A DNA stretch of 64,000 bases, from positions 62,001-126,000 of the forward strand of contig CAXHJY010000194.1 of assembly GCA_964016885.1 (NCBI GenBank), in the 5' to 3' direction. Below are positions 1 through 17,229 of this stretch, in pieces. The translations under genes and the position numbers were made by a program. The notes beneath the pieces are model-generated. The model saw only the letters and a list, made by a program, of their open reading frames with translations. It was not told where the DNA came from and did no database searches. Position 1 is the first letter of the stretch; the number at the start of each line of letters is the position of its first letter. Origin of the DNA: Eledone cirrhosa (lineage: Eukaryota).

Positions 1-2046
1 TAAAGACACCCAGTACACTCTGTAAAGTGATCAGTGATAGAAAAGCCATTCAGCCAAAGAAAACCTGCCAAACAGTGTCAAAATAACTCATCAGCTGTGC
101 CAAAGACATGACATCTTCCCCAGTCCTGGTGCCATGATATAATGCATTTGGTAGAGGTCAGAGGCATCACATGAGTACTGACCAATCTGTGATGACATGT
201 CCAATCTTTGCTAGCAAGGAAAATAGATATTAAACAATGATGATGTGTGTATCTTTGTATGTATATGTATTTAAGTATGTAAGTATGTATGCACATATGA
301 TATATACATTAATATAAGTACATATATAAATACATATAATACCCATAATATACATACAAACACATGCATATATATGTGGGGTGGGGTACATATATATATA
401 TATATGTGTGTGTATATACAAAATACTTAACCAATATTCTTGTTTTCACTGTCCAAAATATCAACATATACTTCTTCCCCATCACTTGCCTCCCACCTCC
501 TAATTTCATTCTACAAACTTGAAATGATTCCAAATCTTCTTTTCATTTCTGTTTGTTTCGTATACAGTTTCATATTTTCTTTGTACTCAAAGAATTAATT
601 ATGCTTTTCAAGTGTCTGACCCGAAAACCATTCTGTCTGCTGTCCATTGTCCACAAAATAGAACCTAATTAATTGACTGGCAGCCTAACTGGACTGGACT
701 GACCCAAGCAGTAGCCGCAAGACGTTTGTCGCATCAGGAAAATTGATATCTGAAGAAATTACAGCAATGTTGAAATATATCCAATGTTTTACAGACATGT
801 GTTGTCAGAAGTGAATTCTATAAAGTCTTTCTTTGTGTGTCGGTTTCTTTGTTGCAATTGGAGATTCTAGCTTAAGTCTTTTCCTTGTCAATTCTGAACA
901 ATTGTTGCTGACCAACTGATGATAATTTCAACATGAAACCTTCAAATAAAATAGAAAGAAAATTGATTTTTATTCACTTGAGTAGCTTCACTGAGAGACT
1001 TTTAAGTTTATTGTCTGAATTCAGTATCGTCTGTTAGCTTTACTCATTTAACCCATTTGATACAAAACTGCCTGAAACTGGCTATGGTTCTATAATACAA
1101 AGCTGTTTATTTTAAAGTGTTTATATTTATCTAATAACCTTCCATCATAATTTTATATAAGAACTTTTGTTAGAATGACACAAATGAAGACACAAATGAG
1201 CCGAGAGAGAGAACTGGGCCTAAGAAGAATCAGGTGTACTGTGCAAGAGAGAAGACTGCGCTTGTATGGGCTCATTATATGTATAAAAGTAGAAACAATT
1301 ATATGTATAGATGTTGATTGTTGAGTAAAGAAGTGCTAAGAGATCTAAGTGGAAGGAAACAGCAGTAGAGGAAGACCAAGGGAGAGTTTCTTGCTCAAGG
1401 ACACAATATACCAATAGGAATTCAATCCCATGTTCTTACAATCATGATCCAAACACTCTAGCCATTAAAGCATGCAGCTGTCTGAACAGAGAAGATTGAA
1501 CAGTGTCTATCGAAGCTTAATGGTGAGATTGCATGACTGAATATTTCACTGATTATTGTGGTTTTAAGTTCACATCTCTCAATGGAAGAAAGACTTCAAT
1601 ATTTATTCCTGTTTTTGGTCAATAAAATCATATCATGGTCATTTTTATGTCCACCTTTTGATGTTGACATTGTTTAGAGAGGAGAATGTTTGAAGCAGTG
1701 TTTTCTTAACACCAGCCCATACCTTATTTCTTAGGTAGTGCCTATACTGCTCATCTCTATCAGATCAAGTGGGACATATACCTCATGCATTTTACCATAT
1801 CATAACACCAGCACTATATTTATATCTGTGTCTGCCTGTGCATATAATATTCTCAATGGTCTGATGGTAGTGAGAAAGGTGACATATATAGTCCTGTTAT
1901 TTCAGTTTGTTGATTCAGTTAACCAAATACTTCCAGAATATTCCAATATGTCAGTTAAGAACGACACACCTCCCCCAACACCACCTCTATCACATTGTTG
2001 CACATATTCATACATACATACATACATACATACATACATACATACA

Positions 2047-2079
<33 letters not shown>

Positions 2080-2354
2080 TTGCCAATTATATATTTTCAT
2101 ATATAACTCTCTACTTACAAATTGAGTTATATATTTTTTACCTTGCTATATATATATATATATACACACACACATACACACACGCATATGTATATATACA
2201 AGTTGCTTTTAATTGGGGTCATAAGTTTATTCTTAGGGAGTGGGGGAACACCCTGTTCTGTACTGTCTGTTCATCTGTGAGTGGTGTGGAAAGAGTTCAT
2301 ACACACACACATATATATTTTTTGGATATGTCAATATTTATAAAACTACTTTTG

Positions 2355-2415
2355 TATTTTATCTGATGAGTGCGTACTAAAATGTTGGTACCCTTGAAAT
2401 ATATATAATAAAATA
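2355..2415 (+). ncRNA. Type I hammerhead ribozyme motif with partly decayed stem II, in a probable Penelope-like remnant
   Basis: TATTTTAT-CTGATGA-G..GTAC[loop]GTAC..T-GAAA-TATATA-TA-ATAAAATA: 8-bp stem I, intact CUGAUGA and GAAA cores, AUA triplet. Stem II has mismatches. Confidence 0.55.
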
Positions 2416-2452
2416 AATATGGTTTTATAAAGATAGCTTCCATTTATTAATA

Positions 2453-2494
2453 TCATTGATATATATATATATATGTATATTTATATGTATGTAC

Positions 2495-2548
<54 letters not shown>

Positions 2549-2690
2549 ATGTATATTTATATGTATGTACTTATGTATATATGTGTGTGTATGTATATTT
2601 ATATGTATGTACTTATGTATATATGTACATGTATATATATATGTATATATATATATATGCGTATATATATGTATACCCATGCTAGCGTGG
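2453..2690. repeat. (TA)n/(TG)n compound microsatellite
   Basis: Direct inspection. Confidence 0.95.
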
Positions 2691-2745
2691 AAAGGGGACG
2701 TTAAACGAGGATGATGATGATGATATGTGTATGTATATATACATG

Positions 2746-3066
2746 CCTTAGTGGTTAGAGCATTGGGCTTGCAATCGAAAGGTTGTGAGTTCAATTCTCA
2801 GACCGGGTGATGTGTTGTTTCCTTGAGCAAGACACTTTATTTCACATTGCTCCAGTTTACTCAGCTGTAGAAATGAGATGATAGGACTGGAGTCCCTATC
2901 ATTCCACTGCAAAGTGGTCGTGGAGGTGCCACGGCAAAAAAGCACCCAGCACTCACTGTAAATGAGGTTGGTGTTAGGAAGGGCATCCAGCTGTAGAAAT
3001 CAAGCCAAAATCAGTTCCCGTCCCACCCTTGCAAGCAGGGAGAAGTGGACGTAAAATGAAATGATA
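2746..3066 (+). mobile_element. tRNA-derived SINE with RTE-LINE-like 3' tail
   Basis: A-box (CTTAGTGGTTAGAG) and B-box (GAGTTCAATTC) head, CCTTGAGCAAGACACTTT core, tail GTGTTAGGAAGGGCATCCAGCTGTAGAAA...GGACGTAAAATGA shared with the LINE 3' end near 10840-10990. Same architecture on the - strand at 63397-63815. Confidence 0.8.
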
Positions 3067-3070
3067 GTGA

Positions 3071-3361
3071 AGGCGCATGGCTTAGTGGTTAGAGCATTAG
3101 GCTTGCAATCGAAAGGTTGTGAGTTCAATTCTTGAACCGGGTGATGTGTTGTTTCCTTGAGCAAGACACTTTATTTCACGTTGCTCCAGTTTACTCAGCT
3201 GAAAATGAGTACCAGCAATAGCTGGAGGGTTAACCCTGCAAAAGACTGGCGTCCTGTCCAGGGGGGAGTCTTGTACTCTCAGTCGCTTCACGCCATGAAA
3301 CCGGGAAAAGCACCGGCCAAATGAGCCTTCTGGCTTAAGACAGGCTTTAGACTTTTTTTTT
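3071..3361 (+). mobile_element. tRNA-derived SINE, same head and core but a different tail
   Basis: GGCGCATGGCTTAGTGGTTAGAG...GAGTTCAATTC...CCTTGAGCAAGACAC. Homologous copy at 50641-50908; head fragments at about 32703-32820, 55866-56000, 61167-61320 and on the - strand at about 1370-1470, 37300-37415, 52030-52120. Confidence 0.8.
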
Positions 3362-3478
3362 ATGTCTATATATATATATATATGTGTGTGTATGTATATG
3401 TATATATGTGTATGTATATATGTATATGTGTATATGTATATATGTGTATGTATATATGTATATATATATATATATGTG

Positions 3479-3527
<49 letters not shown>

Positions 3528-3612
3528 TCATCATCATCGTTTAACGTCCATATGTATATATATATATATATGTGTGTATGTATATATATATATGTGTGTA
3601 TGTGTATGTGTA

Positions 3613-4658
3613 TCATCATCATCATCATCATCATCATTTTACGTCCGCTTTTCCCTGCTTACAAGGGTGGGACGGGAACTGATTCTGGCTATACCTCTGT
3701 AGTTTCCTCTATCTAGTGCATCACCTTTACCCTTGTAGCAGTTGACAATGATGCTGCTGCACCAATCCTTTGGTATGGCACCCTCTAGTATTACCTGGTT
3801 AACAATACGTGTGGTTATAGTGTGACCTACCGACTCAGATGCTTTCTGCATCTCAGCAGCTATACCCGATGGACCGGTTGCCTTCCCCGTCTTCAAATCT
3901 TTGATTGCCTTACTCACTCTGCTGCTGCTGACTTGTACTGATGGCCCCTCTATAGGGTCTACTTGGGGTAGGGTCTCTTTTTCCCATTCATTCTCCTCAT
4001 TTAGTAATCTTTTATAATGGCTCTTCCACGCATCTTTCTTCCCAGCACTTGTGAGGACAAGCTCACCTTTATCATTCCGGATACACTTCTCTCCAATGAC
4101 ATCACAATTCTCTCTGACACACTGCCTCGCAATCTTGAACACCTCCTGTTTCTGGTCCTCACGTTGCAAAACATGCTTGAATTTTCTATCCTCTGCTTCC
4201 CCGCTAGCTAAGTATACCTGTCGCCTAGCTTCCCTCCTGGTCTCTATGTAATGTATCCTGCTTCCCCCGTTTTTCTATTCTTTCCATGCCTGCCTTAGCC
4301 TTAACTGCCTCATCTACCTTATTGTTCCACCACCAAGTCACTCTCCTCCTGCCTGTGGTCTTGCTCCAACCACAGTTCTCGTCTGACGCCTCTAGTAAGT
4401 TATTTTTTAGGAACTCCCAGTGCTCTTCTACATTGAATGTCTCTATCTGTTCTTCTTTACTGTCGTAGGCGTTGAGTAAAATATCTTTAAATCTGTTACT
4501 GGCTGAGGGGTCTTTCAGCTTCCAGATCTTTCTTCTCCAGGTTGGCCTCTGTTTCCAGGTTTGTCTAGTTCTGACTGTGAGGTCGCTGACAACTAGGCTA
4601 TGTTGGGAGGTACATTCCTCACTAGGGAAGGCATTTGTGTTTACGACCGTCCATCTAT
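3613..4658 (-). mobile_element. RTE-clade LINE ORF2 fragment (linker to RT start) joined directly to a LINE/SINE tail
   Basis: ORF 3639-4169 has KATGPSGIAAEM...[29 protein letters not shown] (RT N-terminal region), then runs into GGACGTAAA(ATG)n. Stops are present further upstream. Confidence 0.9.
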
Positions 4659-4659
4659 C

Positions 4660-4728
4660 ACATATATATATATATATATTTCTTTGTATATATATATATG
4701 TGTGTGTGTGTATGTATATATATATGTG

Positions 4729-4795
<67 letters not shown>

Positions 4796-4866
4796 ATGTA
4801 TGTATGTATATATATATATATGTGTGTGTGTATGTATGTATGTATATATATATATATATATGTATG

Positions 4867-4897
<31 letters not shown>

Positions 4898-5547
4898 GTG
4901 TGTATGTATATATATATATGTGTGTATGTGTATATATATATGTGAATGTGTGTATATATATATGTGAATGTATGTATATATATGTGTATATGTATATATA
5001 TATATGTGTGTATATATATATATGTATATATCTCTATATATGTGTATATGTGTTAGGAAGGGCATCGAGCCGTAGAAAACCCGCCAGACAGTCCCATACG
5101 AGCAAGACAACCAATCTTGCGTCACGTGGGACAACTCGCGTCTAAACCCATGCTAGCGTGGAAGATAGACGTTAAACGACGATGATGATGTGTATATATC
5201 TGTATATGTGTGTATATGTGTATATATGTATATATGTGTATTTATGTATATGTTTCTATATATGTATTTATGTATATATGTATATATGTATGTATCTATT
5301 TATGTATATATGTATATATATGTATGTATATATATATATATGTATATGTATGTATATTTATATGCATATGCATATATATGTATATATACGTGCATATGTA
5401 TATGCATATATATGTATATGTATATCTGTGTGTGTGTGTGTATATATATATGTGTGTGTGTGTATATATATCATCATCATCATCATCATCATATATCTAT
5501 ATATGTATATATATCTATATGTGTATATATATGTATATATATCTATA

Positions 5548-5582
<35 letters not shown>

Positions 5583-5585
5583 CTA
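4660..5585. repeat. (TA)n/(TG)n microsatellite containing an RTE-tail fragment at about 5049-5190
   Basis: Direct inspection; GTGTTAGGAAGGGCATC...CCATGCTAGCGTGGAA...GACGTTAAACGACGATGATG. Confidence 0.9.
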
Positions 5586-5757
5586 TCTAAGGCGGGTAAA
5601 ATTCCTGAGATCCATGGACGAGTTCTCTCCAGCGGTCTCTGTCCCTCATTATCGCTGCCATATCCTGCATCTCCAACAGACCAGTGTCTGTCCTTAGGGC
5701 ATCAACATATGTTAACCTTGGTGTTCCTCTTCTAGTGTGTCCATGTAGGGGCTCCCA
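5586..5757 (-). mobile_element. 3' end fragment of a second LINE family (RTE-related)
   Basis: Close paralog of 21455-21750, which encodes RRLRLAGH...LLWEP.HG..GRGRP..TY.DAL. Confidence 0.75.
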
Positions 5758-9720
<3,963 letters not shown>

Positions 9721-10998
9721 TAGAGAAGAAATTCCAAACATGGAAGCACGGCCTAGAGTCAAAAGGACTTAAAATTAACCTGGCTAAGACCAAAGTTCTA
9801 GTTTGTAGGAAAGAAAACAAAGCGGCGGTCCCTTCTGGGAAATGGTCTTGCCTGGTGTGTAGGAAAGGCGTAGGTAGAAACTCCATTTTATGTCCTAAAT
9901 GCAAAGTATGGGTGCATAAAAGATGTAGTGGGATCACAGGTAAGCTAACTAAGAACATAGATTTTACATGTGGCCGGTGTTCTGGTGCAATAAGTAGCAG
10001 CAAGTGCCCACAAAATACTAGCTCTTTCAATTGCGCAGAGGGTTCTATAGAAATAGTGGACAGCTTCCGTTACCTGGGCGATAAAATCAGCAGTGGGGGA
10101 GGGTGCTATGAAAGTACAGTAGCTAGAGTCAGAACTGGTTGGAAAAAGTTCAGAGAGCTTATACCACTATTAGCTGCTAAAGGGTTCTCCCTAAAAATGA
10201 AAGGCAGGTTGTACGATGCCTGCATACGAACAGCAATGTTGCATGGCAGTGAGACCTGGGCATTGTGTGCAGAGGATATACGCAGACTAGAGAGGATGAA
10301 GCTTGCATGCTCCGCTGGATGTGTAACAGTAATATACGTGAACGGCAAAGCATAAACGAACTAAGGAAAAAATTAGAGAGAAGGCTACGTTGGTATGGAC
10401 ACGTGATGCACATGAAAGTCGATAGCTGTATAACAAAGTGCAGGGCAATAAAGATAGACGGTAGCCACGGAATAGACAGACCTAGAAAAATCTGGGACGA
10501 GCTGATAAACTCCGACATCACACACTTACACTTCTCCAAGACAATGTCACTGGACCGAGACCTTTGGCGGTACTCAGTAACAGAGAAGACCCGCCTTACC
10601 TAAATATATAGTAAAACCTACTCCAGCCAGTAGGCATCTCTAACAAAATACACCCCGTCCCACCACCACCACCCCATTCACACCACCCCGTTCTATGTAA
10701 AGTTATGTTGGTGCCGCGCCATCCAGGCCGAAACAAATGAAATCGTGTAGGTGTCACGACAAAAAAACACACAGTCCACGCTGTAATGTGGCCGTGTAGG
10801 CAACACGGTAAAAACCTCCCAGACCCAGACTGTAAATGTGGTTGGTGTTAGGAAGGGCATCCAACTGTAGAAAACCTGCCAGACAGTCCTATGCGAGCAA
10901 GACAATCACTCTTCCCTCAAGTGGGACTACCCCCGTCCAAACCCATGCAAGCGTGGAACACGGACGTTAAACGTAGATGATGATGATGATGATGATGA
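9721..10998 (+). mobile_element. 5'-truncated RTE-clade LINE (end of RT, PHD-like finger, C-terminus, 3' UTR, (GAT)n tail), frameshifted
   Basis: [24 protein letters not shown]...FRYLG...LHGSETW...RRLRWYGHV..RPRKIW; frameshift near 10290; ends in GGACGTTAAACGTA(GAT)n. Confidence 0.95.
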
Positions 10999-11039
<41 letters not shown>

Positions 11040-13200
11040 CATCATCATCATCATCGTTTAACGTCCGTGTTCCACGCTTGCATGGGTTTGGACGGGAGTT
11101 TTCCCACTTGAGGCAAGAGTGATTGTCTTGCTCGCATAGGACTGTCTGGCGGGTTTTCTACAGCTGGATGCCCTTCCTAACACCACCACATTTACAGTGT
11201 GGGGCTGGGAGGTTTTTACCGTGTTGCCTACAAGGCCACATTACAGCGTGGACTGTGTGTTTTTTTGTCGTGACACCTACACAATCTGATTTGTTTCGGC
11301 CTGGATGTTGTGGCACCAACATAACTTTACATTAAAAGGGGCGGTGTGGATGGGGTGGGGGTGGTGCGACGGGGGTGTATTTTGTTAGAGGTGCCTACTG
11401 ACTGTAGTAGGTTTTACTTTGTATTTAGGTAAGGCGGGTCTTCTCTATTACTGAGTACCTCCAAAGGTCTCGGTCCAGTGACATTGTGTGTGAGGTCGGA
11501 ATTTATCAGCTCGTCCCAGGTTTTTCTGGGTCTGCCTACTCCGTAGCTACCGTCTATCTTTATTGCCCTGCACTTTGTTATACAGCTGTCGTCTTTCATG
11601 CGCATCACGTGACCATACCAACGTTGCCTTCTCTCAGGTAAACAACATCTGATCCCTCTTATTTCTAATTTTTTCCTTAGTTTGTTTATGCTTTGCCGTT
11701 CACGTATATTACTATTACACATCCAGCGGAGCATGCAAGCTTCGTTCCTCTCTAGTCTGCGTATATCCTCTGCACACAATGCCCAGGTCTCACTGCCATG
11801 CAACATTGTTGTTCGTATGCAGGCATCGTACAACCTGCCTTTCATTTTTAGGGAGAACCCTTTAGCGGCTAATAGTGGTATAAGCTCTCTGAACTTTTTC
11901 CATCCAGTTCTGTCTCTAGCTACTGTACTTTCAGAGCACCCTCCGCCACTGCTGATTTTGTCACCCAGGTAACGGAAGCTGTCCACTACTTCTATAGAAC
12001 CCTCTGCGCAATTGAAAGAGCTAGTATTTTGTGGGCACTTGCTGCTACTTATTGCACCAGAGCACCGGCCACATGTAAAATCTATGTTCTTAGTTAGCTT
12101 ACCTGTGATCCCACTACATCTTTTATGCACCCATACTTTGTATTTGGGACATAAAATGGAGTTTCTACCTACGCCTTTCCTACACACTGAGCATGGCCAT
12201 TTCCCGGAAGGGACCGCCGCCTTATTTTCTTTCCTACAAACTAGAACTTTAGTCTTAGCCAGGTTAATTTTAAGGCCTTTTGATTCTAGGCCGTGCTTCT
12301 ATGTTTGGAATTTCTTCTCTAGCTCGGCCATTGATTCAGCTATGAGCGTTAGATCATCTGCGTATAGGAGTTCCCATGGGCAGCCGGTCTTGAACTCCAC
12401 TGTTATAGGCTGAAGGGCAATAATAAATAGTAGGGGGCTAAGAACAGAGCCCTGATGAACACCAACTTTTATACTAAACTCTTCACTATATTCGTTGTTA
12501 ATTCTAACCTTGCTGACTGTTTCTTTATACATGGCTTGTATAGCTCTCACAAGCCATTCGTCAACACCTAGTTTTCTAAGAGCCCACCAGATAATGGAAC
12601 GGGGGACTCTGTCGAAGGCTTTCTCCAAGTCAACAAAAGCTAAGTATAGGGGTTTACTTTTAGCTAGGTACTTCTCCTGTAGTTGTCGTACAATGAAAAG
12701 AGCGTCTGTGGTACTTTTGCCTGACACAAAACCGAACTGCATTTCATCTAGATCAATTCTCTCTCTGATTAGTTGCGCTATTACTTTTTCCGTGACCTTC
12801 ATGACCTGGTCGATTAATTTAATGCCTCTATAGTTACTCCTATCTAGGGCATCTCCTTTACCCTTGTAACAGTTAATGATGATGCTGCTACGCCAGTCCT
12901 TCGGAACAACCCCATTCTGTATGACTTGGTTTACTATCCGGGTGACCATGGTGTGTCCCACCGTTCCAGAGGCTTTCAGCATCTCAGCAACTATTTCCGA
13001 AGGCCCAGCCACCTTACCCATCTTCATATCTTTGATTGCCTTACTTATTATACTACCTTCGACTAACACTGCCAGTCCCTCTATTGGGTCAATGTGGGGG
13101 AGACTGTCTTTCTCCCATTTATTCTCCTCATTTAGAAGCCTTTCGTAGTGACACTTCCAAGCTACCTTCTTATCAGCATCAGTGATAGCAAGTACGCCAT
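11040..13200 (-). mobile_element. 5'-truncated RTE-clade LINE with most of the RT domain; in-frame stop near 12300
   Basis: ORF 12299-13069: QFGF, FVDLEKAFDRVPR, GVHQGSVLSPLLF, LLYADD. ORF 11414-12187 is the C-terminal part. (CAT)n tail at 11040. Confidence 0.97.
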
Positions 13201-14862
13201 GTATATATATATATATATGTATATATATAGAAGGATTTAAATGGATACAGTTCAGTTAAAAGGAATTTATTGACACGTGTTTCAATAACAGTTACATAAC
13301 CTGAAAACAGCTGCTATCTAAAAAGTATTAATTATGCAGACATTCAATATTTCAATGTTATTATCAACTGTCATTTGATCAGAATAATTTTATTGAGAAC
13401 CTGTTTGGTTTTTATAGAGAATATTAAGAGGGAGGGGTGAAGTTGTTAGAGGAATAGTTAAGGGAGTGGATAGAGATTTTTTTTTCATGTGAGAAAAACC
13501 ACAGACCCTCCATCTCAACTCTACTTTTGAAAAGCAGAAGAACTGCGAAACCGGTAAAGGAACCAAATAAATATATATATATTTTTTTAAAATAAGACTC
13601 CAGTTGCATTTTCGATTTCATATTTTTTTCCTTTATACTTTCACTCGTGTAGGACACCTCGGTTATTTTTCATTTTGTAAAAAAACCTCACTTTCTAATA
13701 TATATATATATGTGTGTGTGTGCGTGCGTGTTTATTTATGTGTGTGTGAGTATTTTCGTTTTGGTTTTTTCTATGTGCAACTTTGCTCTTTATTACTAAT
13801 GTAGCACTAAACACTCTTTGTTTGATTAAGTAAGTCTTTACTTATCAGCATTACAACTCTCTCTCTCTCTCTCACAGTTTCGCCTCTTTTTTTACGAAAG
13901 TCTATTTTTATTTCCTTTCAACCTGCATTACTATTTGCACAACTTACCTGCACCATATCCTCTCCTGTTTCCAGCTATAAGTCTTTTTATTCCTATTTGT
14001 TTATACACTTGCATTGCTATCCTACCTGAAAGACACTCCATTGTTTTCGTCTGTCTCTGTGTTGTGCTGTGTCATATACATCTTTTCACTGACCTCTTCA
14101 AGTTGTTGTGAAATCTGGGCTCAATATTATGAAATCACACTGTTAAACACAAAATTGCATTGACAGGGAGTGGCCGATAAGGATGTTAGATACTTTCATT
14201 TCTTCATCTCAATTTTTCTATGTGCAACATTGATATATATATATATGTGTGTGTGTGTATACACACAATCATTTTTTTAGAACTGTTCAGTGAATAATGG
14301 ATTTTGAATGTATGTCAGCTTAAAGTTAATAGCTTCAGTGCAGATTTTTGTCTATGAAAAATAGTCTTAACAAGTTGGGCAATTAAACCACTAGAGACAG
14401 ACAAAATTCATAATTCGCTCAACAGATCTAAAAATAGGTTTGTTTATTCACCTACAGGTTGACAGATAAGAGTTAAATAATGGAAAAAATTGTAAACCCA
14501 CTTTGGTGTAATTGGTAGCATGGTTGTACAGTATGTGGCAGGTGTGGGTTTTGTCCTGCAGGCAATACTACCCACTTTTTTCTCTCTTGGGGCTTATATG
14601 CCCAACTTGGTAGACTAATTTTCATAGTCATAACCCTGCATAATATATATATATATATAAATACATACATACACACTGTAACATGGTTGTTATTAGGAAG
14701 GGCATCAAGCTGTAGATACCAAGCCAAAATACAGATCCGTATGAGCAAGACGTGGTCTCTGGACCTGACTTGTCTTAAAACATGACCCATTCAAGCTTGG
14801 AAAATGGACATTAAATGATAATGGCGAAGATGATGATATTATCCTATCTGTATCCATCACCC

Positions 14863-15075
14863 TTAGGCGAGACAAGCAAGTACAGCTTCATGCCAACAAT
14901 TTCTGTTTGCCATCACGGTTTGTAGGTCTTCCTTACCAATTCCAGTGTCTTTTGCTAAGTCATTCTGGTCTCTAAGCTTTCTGTTAGAGGAGATCTCCCT
15001 CAACAAGAGGTCTGAAACCATCTCATCAAGAAAATGTAATGGGCAATTTGGTGTCATGGTAGCATATCTGCCCGG
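14863..15075 (-). mobile_element. Degenerate LINE 3' fragment related to the family at 21455
   Basis: DQNDLAKDTGIGKEDLQTVMANRNCWHEAV resembles RTE-group ORF2 termini. Confidence 0.55.
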
Positions 15076-16100
15076 TAAGTAAGAAGGTGTGAGTTTGTGT
15101 CCCTTATGTACTAAAGTCCATTTTTTCCATTAAATGGGGTTTCTATTTTTCTACAGTATAACAAATTTGATGAATCTTTAACTTTCTCATATATATATAC
15201 ATATATATATATGAAAAAATTCAGGACCCCGACGGCTGAGCTCCGGCCGTTTCAACAGCTAGTATCAAGTACTCTGATGCAAAATGGTCTAACTGGTTTT
15301 TATCACCTCCAATCTGATCTCTCTTTCTCTCTTTATATATATATATATATATATTGTAAAAGGTAAACAGAAATAGCAACACAATCGGTATCGGTACAGT
15401 ATATGGAAGGGATATATTAGGTTAATGCTTGATATAGCAGGAAGAGGGTCTTAATCTTTCAGATGCTAGTCCTTCATCAAAAGAAAGAATGAGAAATAAG
15501 ATAGATTGAGGGGATGGGCGGGTTGGAATTGGGAAAAATGTCTTTAGATAAAAATAACAGGTCCATTCATGTTGACATCTCTTGCAAAACTGTTGGTGCT
15601 GGCGTTTTGTGTATGATTTATGTTTTAGAAAAGTGGATGATGGAGTGCATCTTCCTGAAATGGCAAAAAAAAAACGTTTTGTAAAAAGAGCTATATTTGT
15701 GCACGTGCGTAAGCATGTGTGTGTGTGTGTGTTATTATACGTCTGTATGAACCTAAGAAGACGTGTGTGTATATGTGAGTAAAAGAGTGCGTGTGCATGT
15801 AAGTACGAAGCTATGAAGAAAAGTATGTTAATATAAGGTTTTGTATGTGTGTATACAGAGCAGTGAAGGGAAAAGTGGAGTGAGCATATATAGTCGGTCT
15901 GTATTAGTTGTAAGAGAAGATGTTAATGATCATGAGAAAGCAATAGGAATCTAGGGGTGTGATAATGGACGGGGTATTAGAGAAACTGAGGAGGTGAGTT
16001 GAGTTCAAGAGGGGAATAGGATCCAAGGTGATGAATCAGACTCTGTTCAGTCCTGGTGCGCATCATCATCATTATCATCATCTAATGTCCATCTTCCACG

Positions 16101-16137
<37 letters not shown>

Positions 16138-16389
16138 AGAAAGTAGTACAGCATAATCGAAGCTCTGGTTGCGGGCAAGCTAATGAATGCTGTCGGGAAG
16201 TGCAGCCAAAAGCACTCAATAAGGAATTTTACCTTAGAGTTATAACATTACGTTTAGACAGCTATGCAAATTGAAGCCAGCGACCGAAGAGGGAGCTGCT
16301 AGGACCAGCACAACGAAAAAACCGACTCAAGGAAAAGTTTGACTGTTACCTGGACCATTATGGACATATTACATAATATTATATAACAA

Positions 16390-16530
16390 GAGTTACGGTC
16401 CTTGCCATTCTGAGTTCAAATCCCGCCGAGGTTAACTTTGCCTTTCATCCTTACAGGGTCGATAAAATAAAGTACCAGTAATGCACTGGGTAATTGCTGG
16501 CCTTGTGCCTAACGTAGAAACAATTATATA
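16390..16530 (+). mobile_element. Second SINE family, 5'-truncated copy
   Basis: TCTGAGTTCAAATCCCGCCGAGGTTAACTTTGCCTTTCATCC...GGGTCGATAAAATAAAGTACCAGT...GGCCTTGTGCC..AGAAACAATT. Other copies at about 19990-20185, 21770-21930(-), 41035-41222(-), 45763-46310 (three), 50237-50445, 60746-60903, 62857-63180. Confidence 0.85.
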
Positions 16531-16971
16531 ACATCTCCACTAGGTTTTCTGTAAATCTGAAATCAACATATATATATATATATAATTTAGATTGATATTC
16601 AATAATTTCAGGCCCACTGTACCATAATTGCTAAAAAAACAACAACAAAAAAAAACATTATTCAGAGGGCACTCTTAAAAGATATTACAGAGACATGTTT
16701 CAATGTTACATATATATAACATTGAACTAGGCAGAATAGTAAGGCTAGTAAAGTTATTACTTCTATTACTTTAGTGAATCACTGTTCTTTGAAGCCCGTA
16801 AGGCACTGTTTCAAGTTGAGAGAAACTCCACCAATTACTATTATTAAATTGATAATTAGTAAAGTTAAGATCAAAACTCTCACCAATATGCTATCTTATT
16901 AATTAGACAAAGTTATCAGAGCTAGTTACAGATTTTGTTAAAAATTCACCCCTATTTATTTCTCTTTGCAG

Positions 16972-17067
16972 TCGAAATCCTTAAGTCCAGTACGAAATGT
17001 TCAGAGCCCAACCCTTTATGGTTATATGCCTCGTGGAACACCTCCACCTCTTCCGGCATGCCCTCCT
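16972..17067 (+). CDS. Internal coding exon (phase 0-0) of an unidentified gene: SKSLSPVRNVQSPTLYGYMPRGTPPPLPACPP
   Basis: Acceptor tttctctttgcag, donor CCT|gtaagt, 96 nt, open, non-repetitive and richer in GC than the flanks. Confidence 0.85.
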
Positions 17068-17128
17068 GTAAGTAAATCATACTTTTTTATCATAATTTCT
17101 AGTGTTTGTCTTTTTGTTCCTCTCTATA

Positions 17129-17229
<101 letters not shown>

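Noticed and set aside
742-786. CTGAAGA...GAAA hammerhead-like spacing
   Set aside because: Stems I and II do not pair convincingly; compatible with chance.
1720-1740. Another YAG|GT juxtaposition (ttatttcttag|gtagtg)
   Set aside because: Short pyrimidine tract, weak donor and no frame-compatible exon.
3071-3145. tRNA-like sequences at SINE heads
   Set aside because: A and B boxes are present but they run into the SINE core and I see no complete cloverleaf.
15060-15085. Strong donor-like CCG|gtaagt
   Set aside because: It lies in the antisense strand of a LINE fragment and I found no matching upstream exon.
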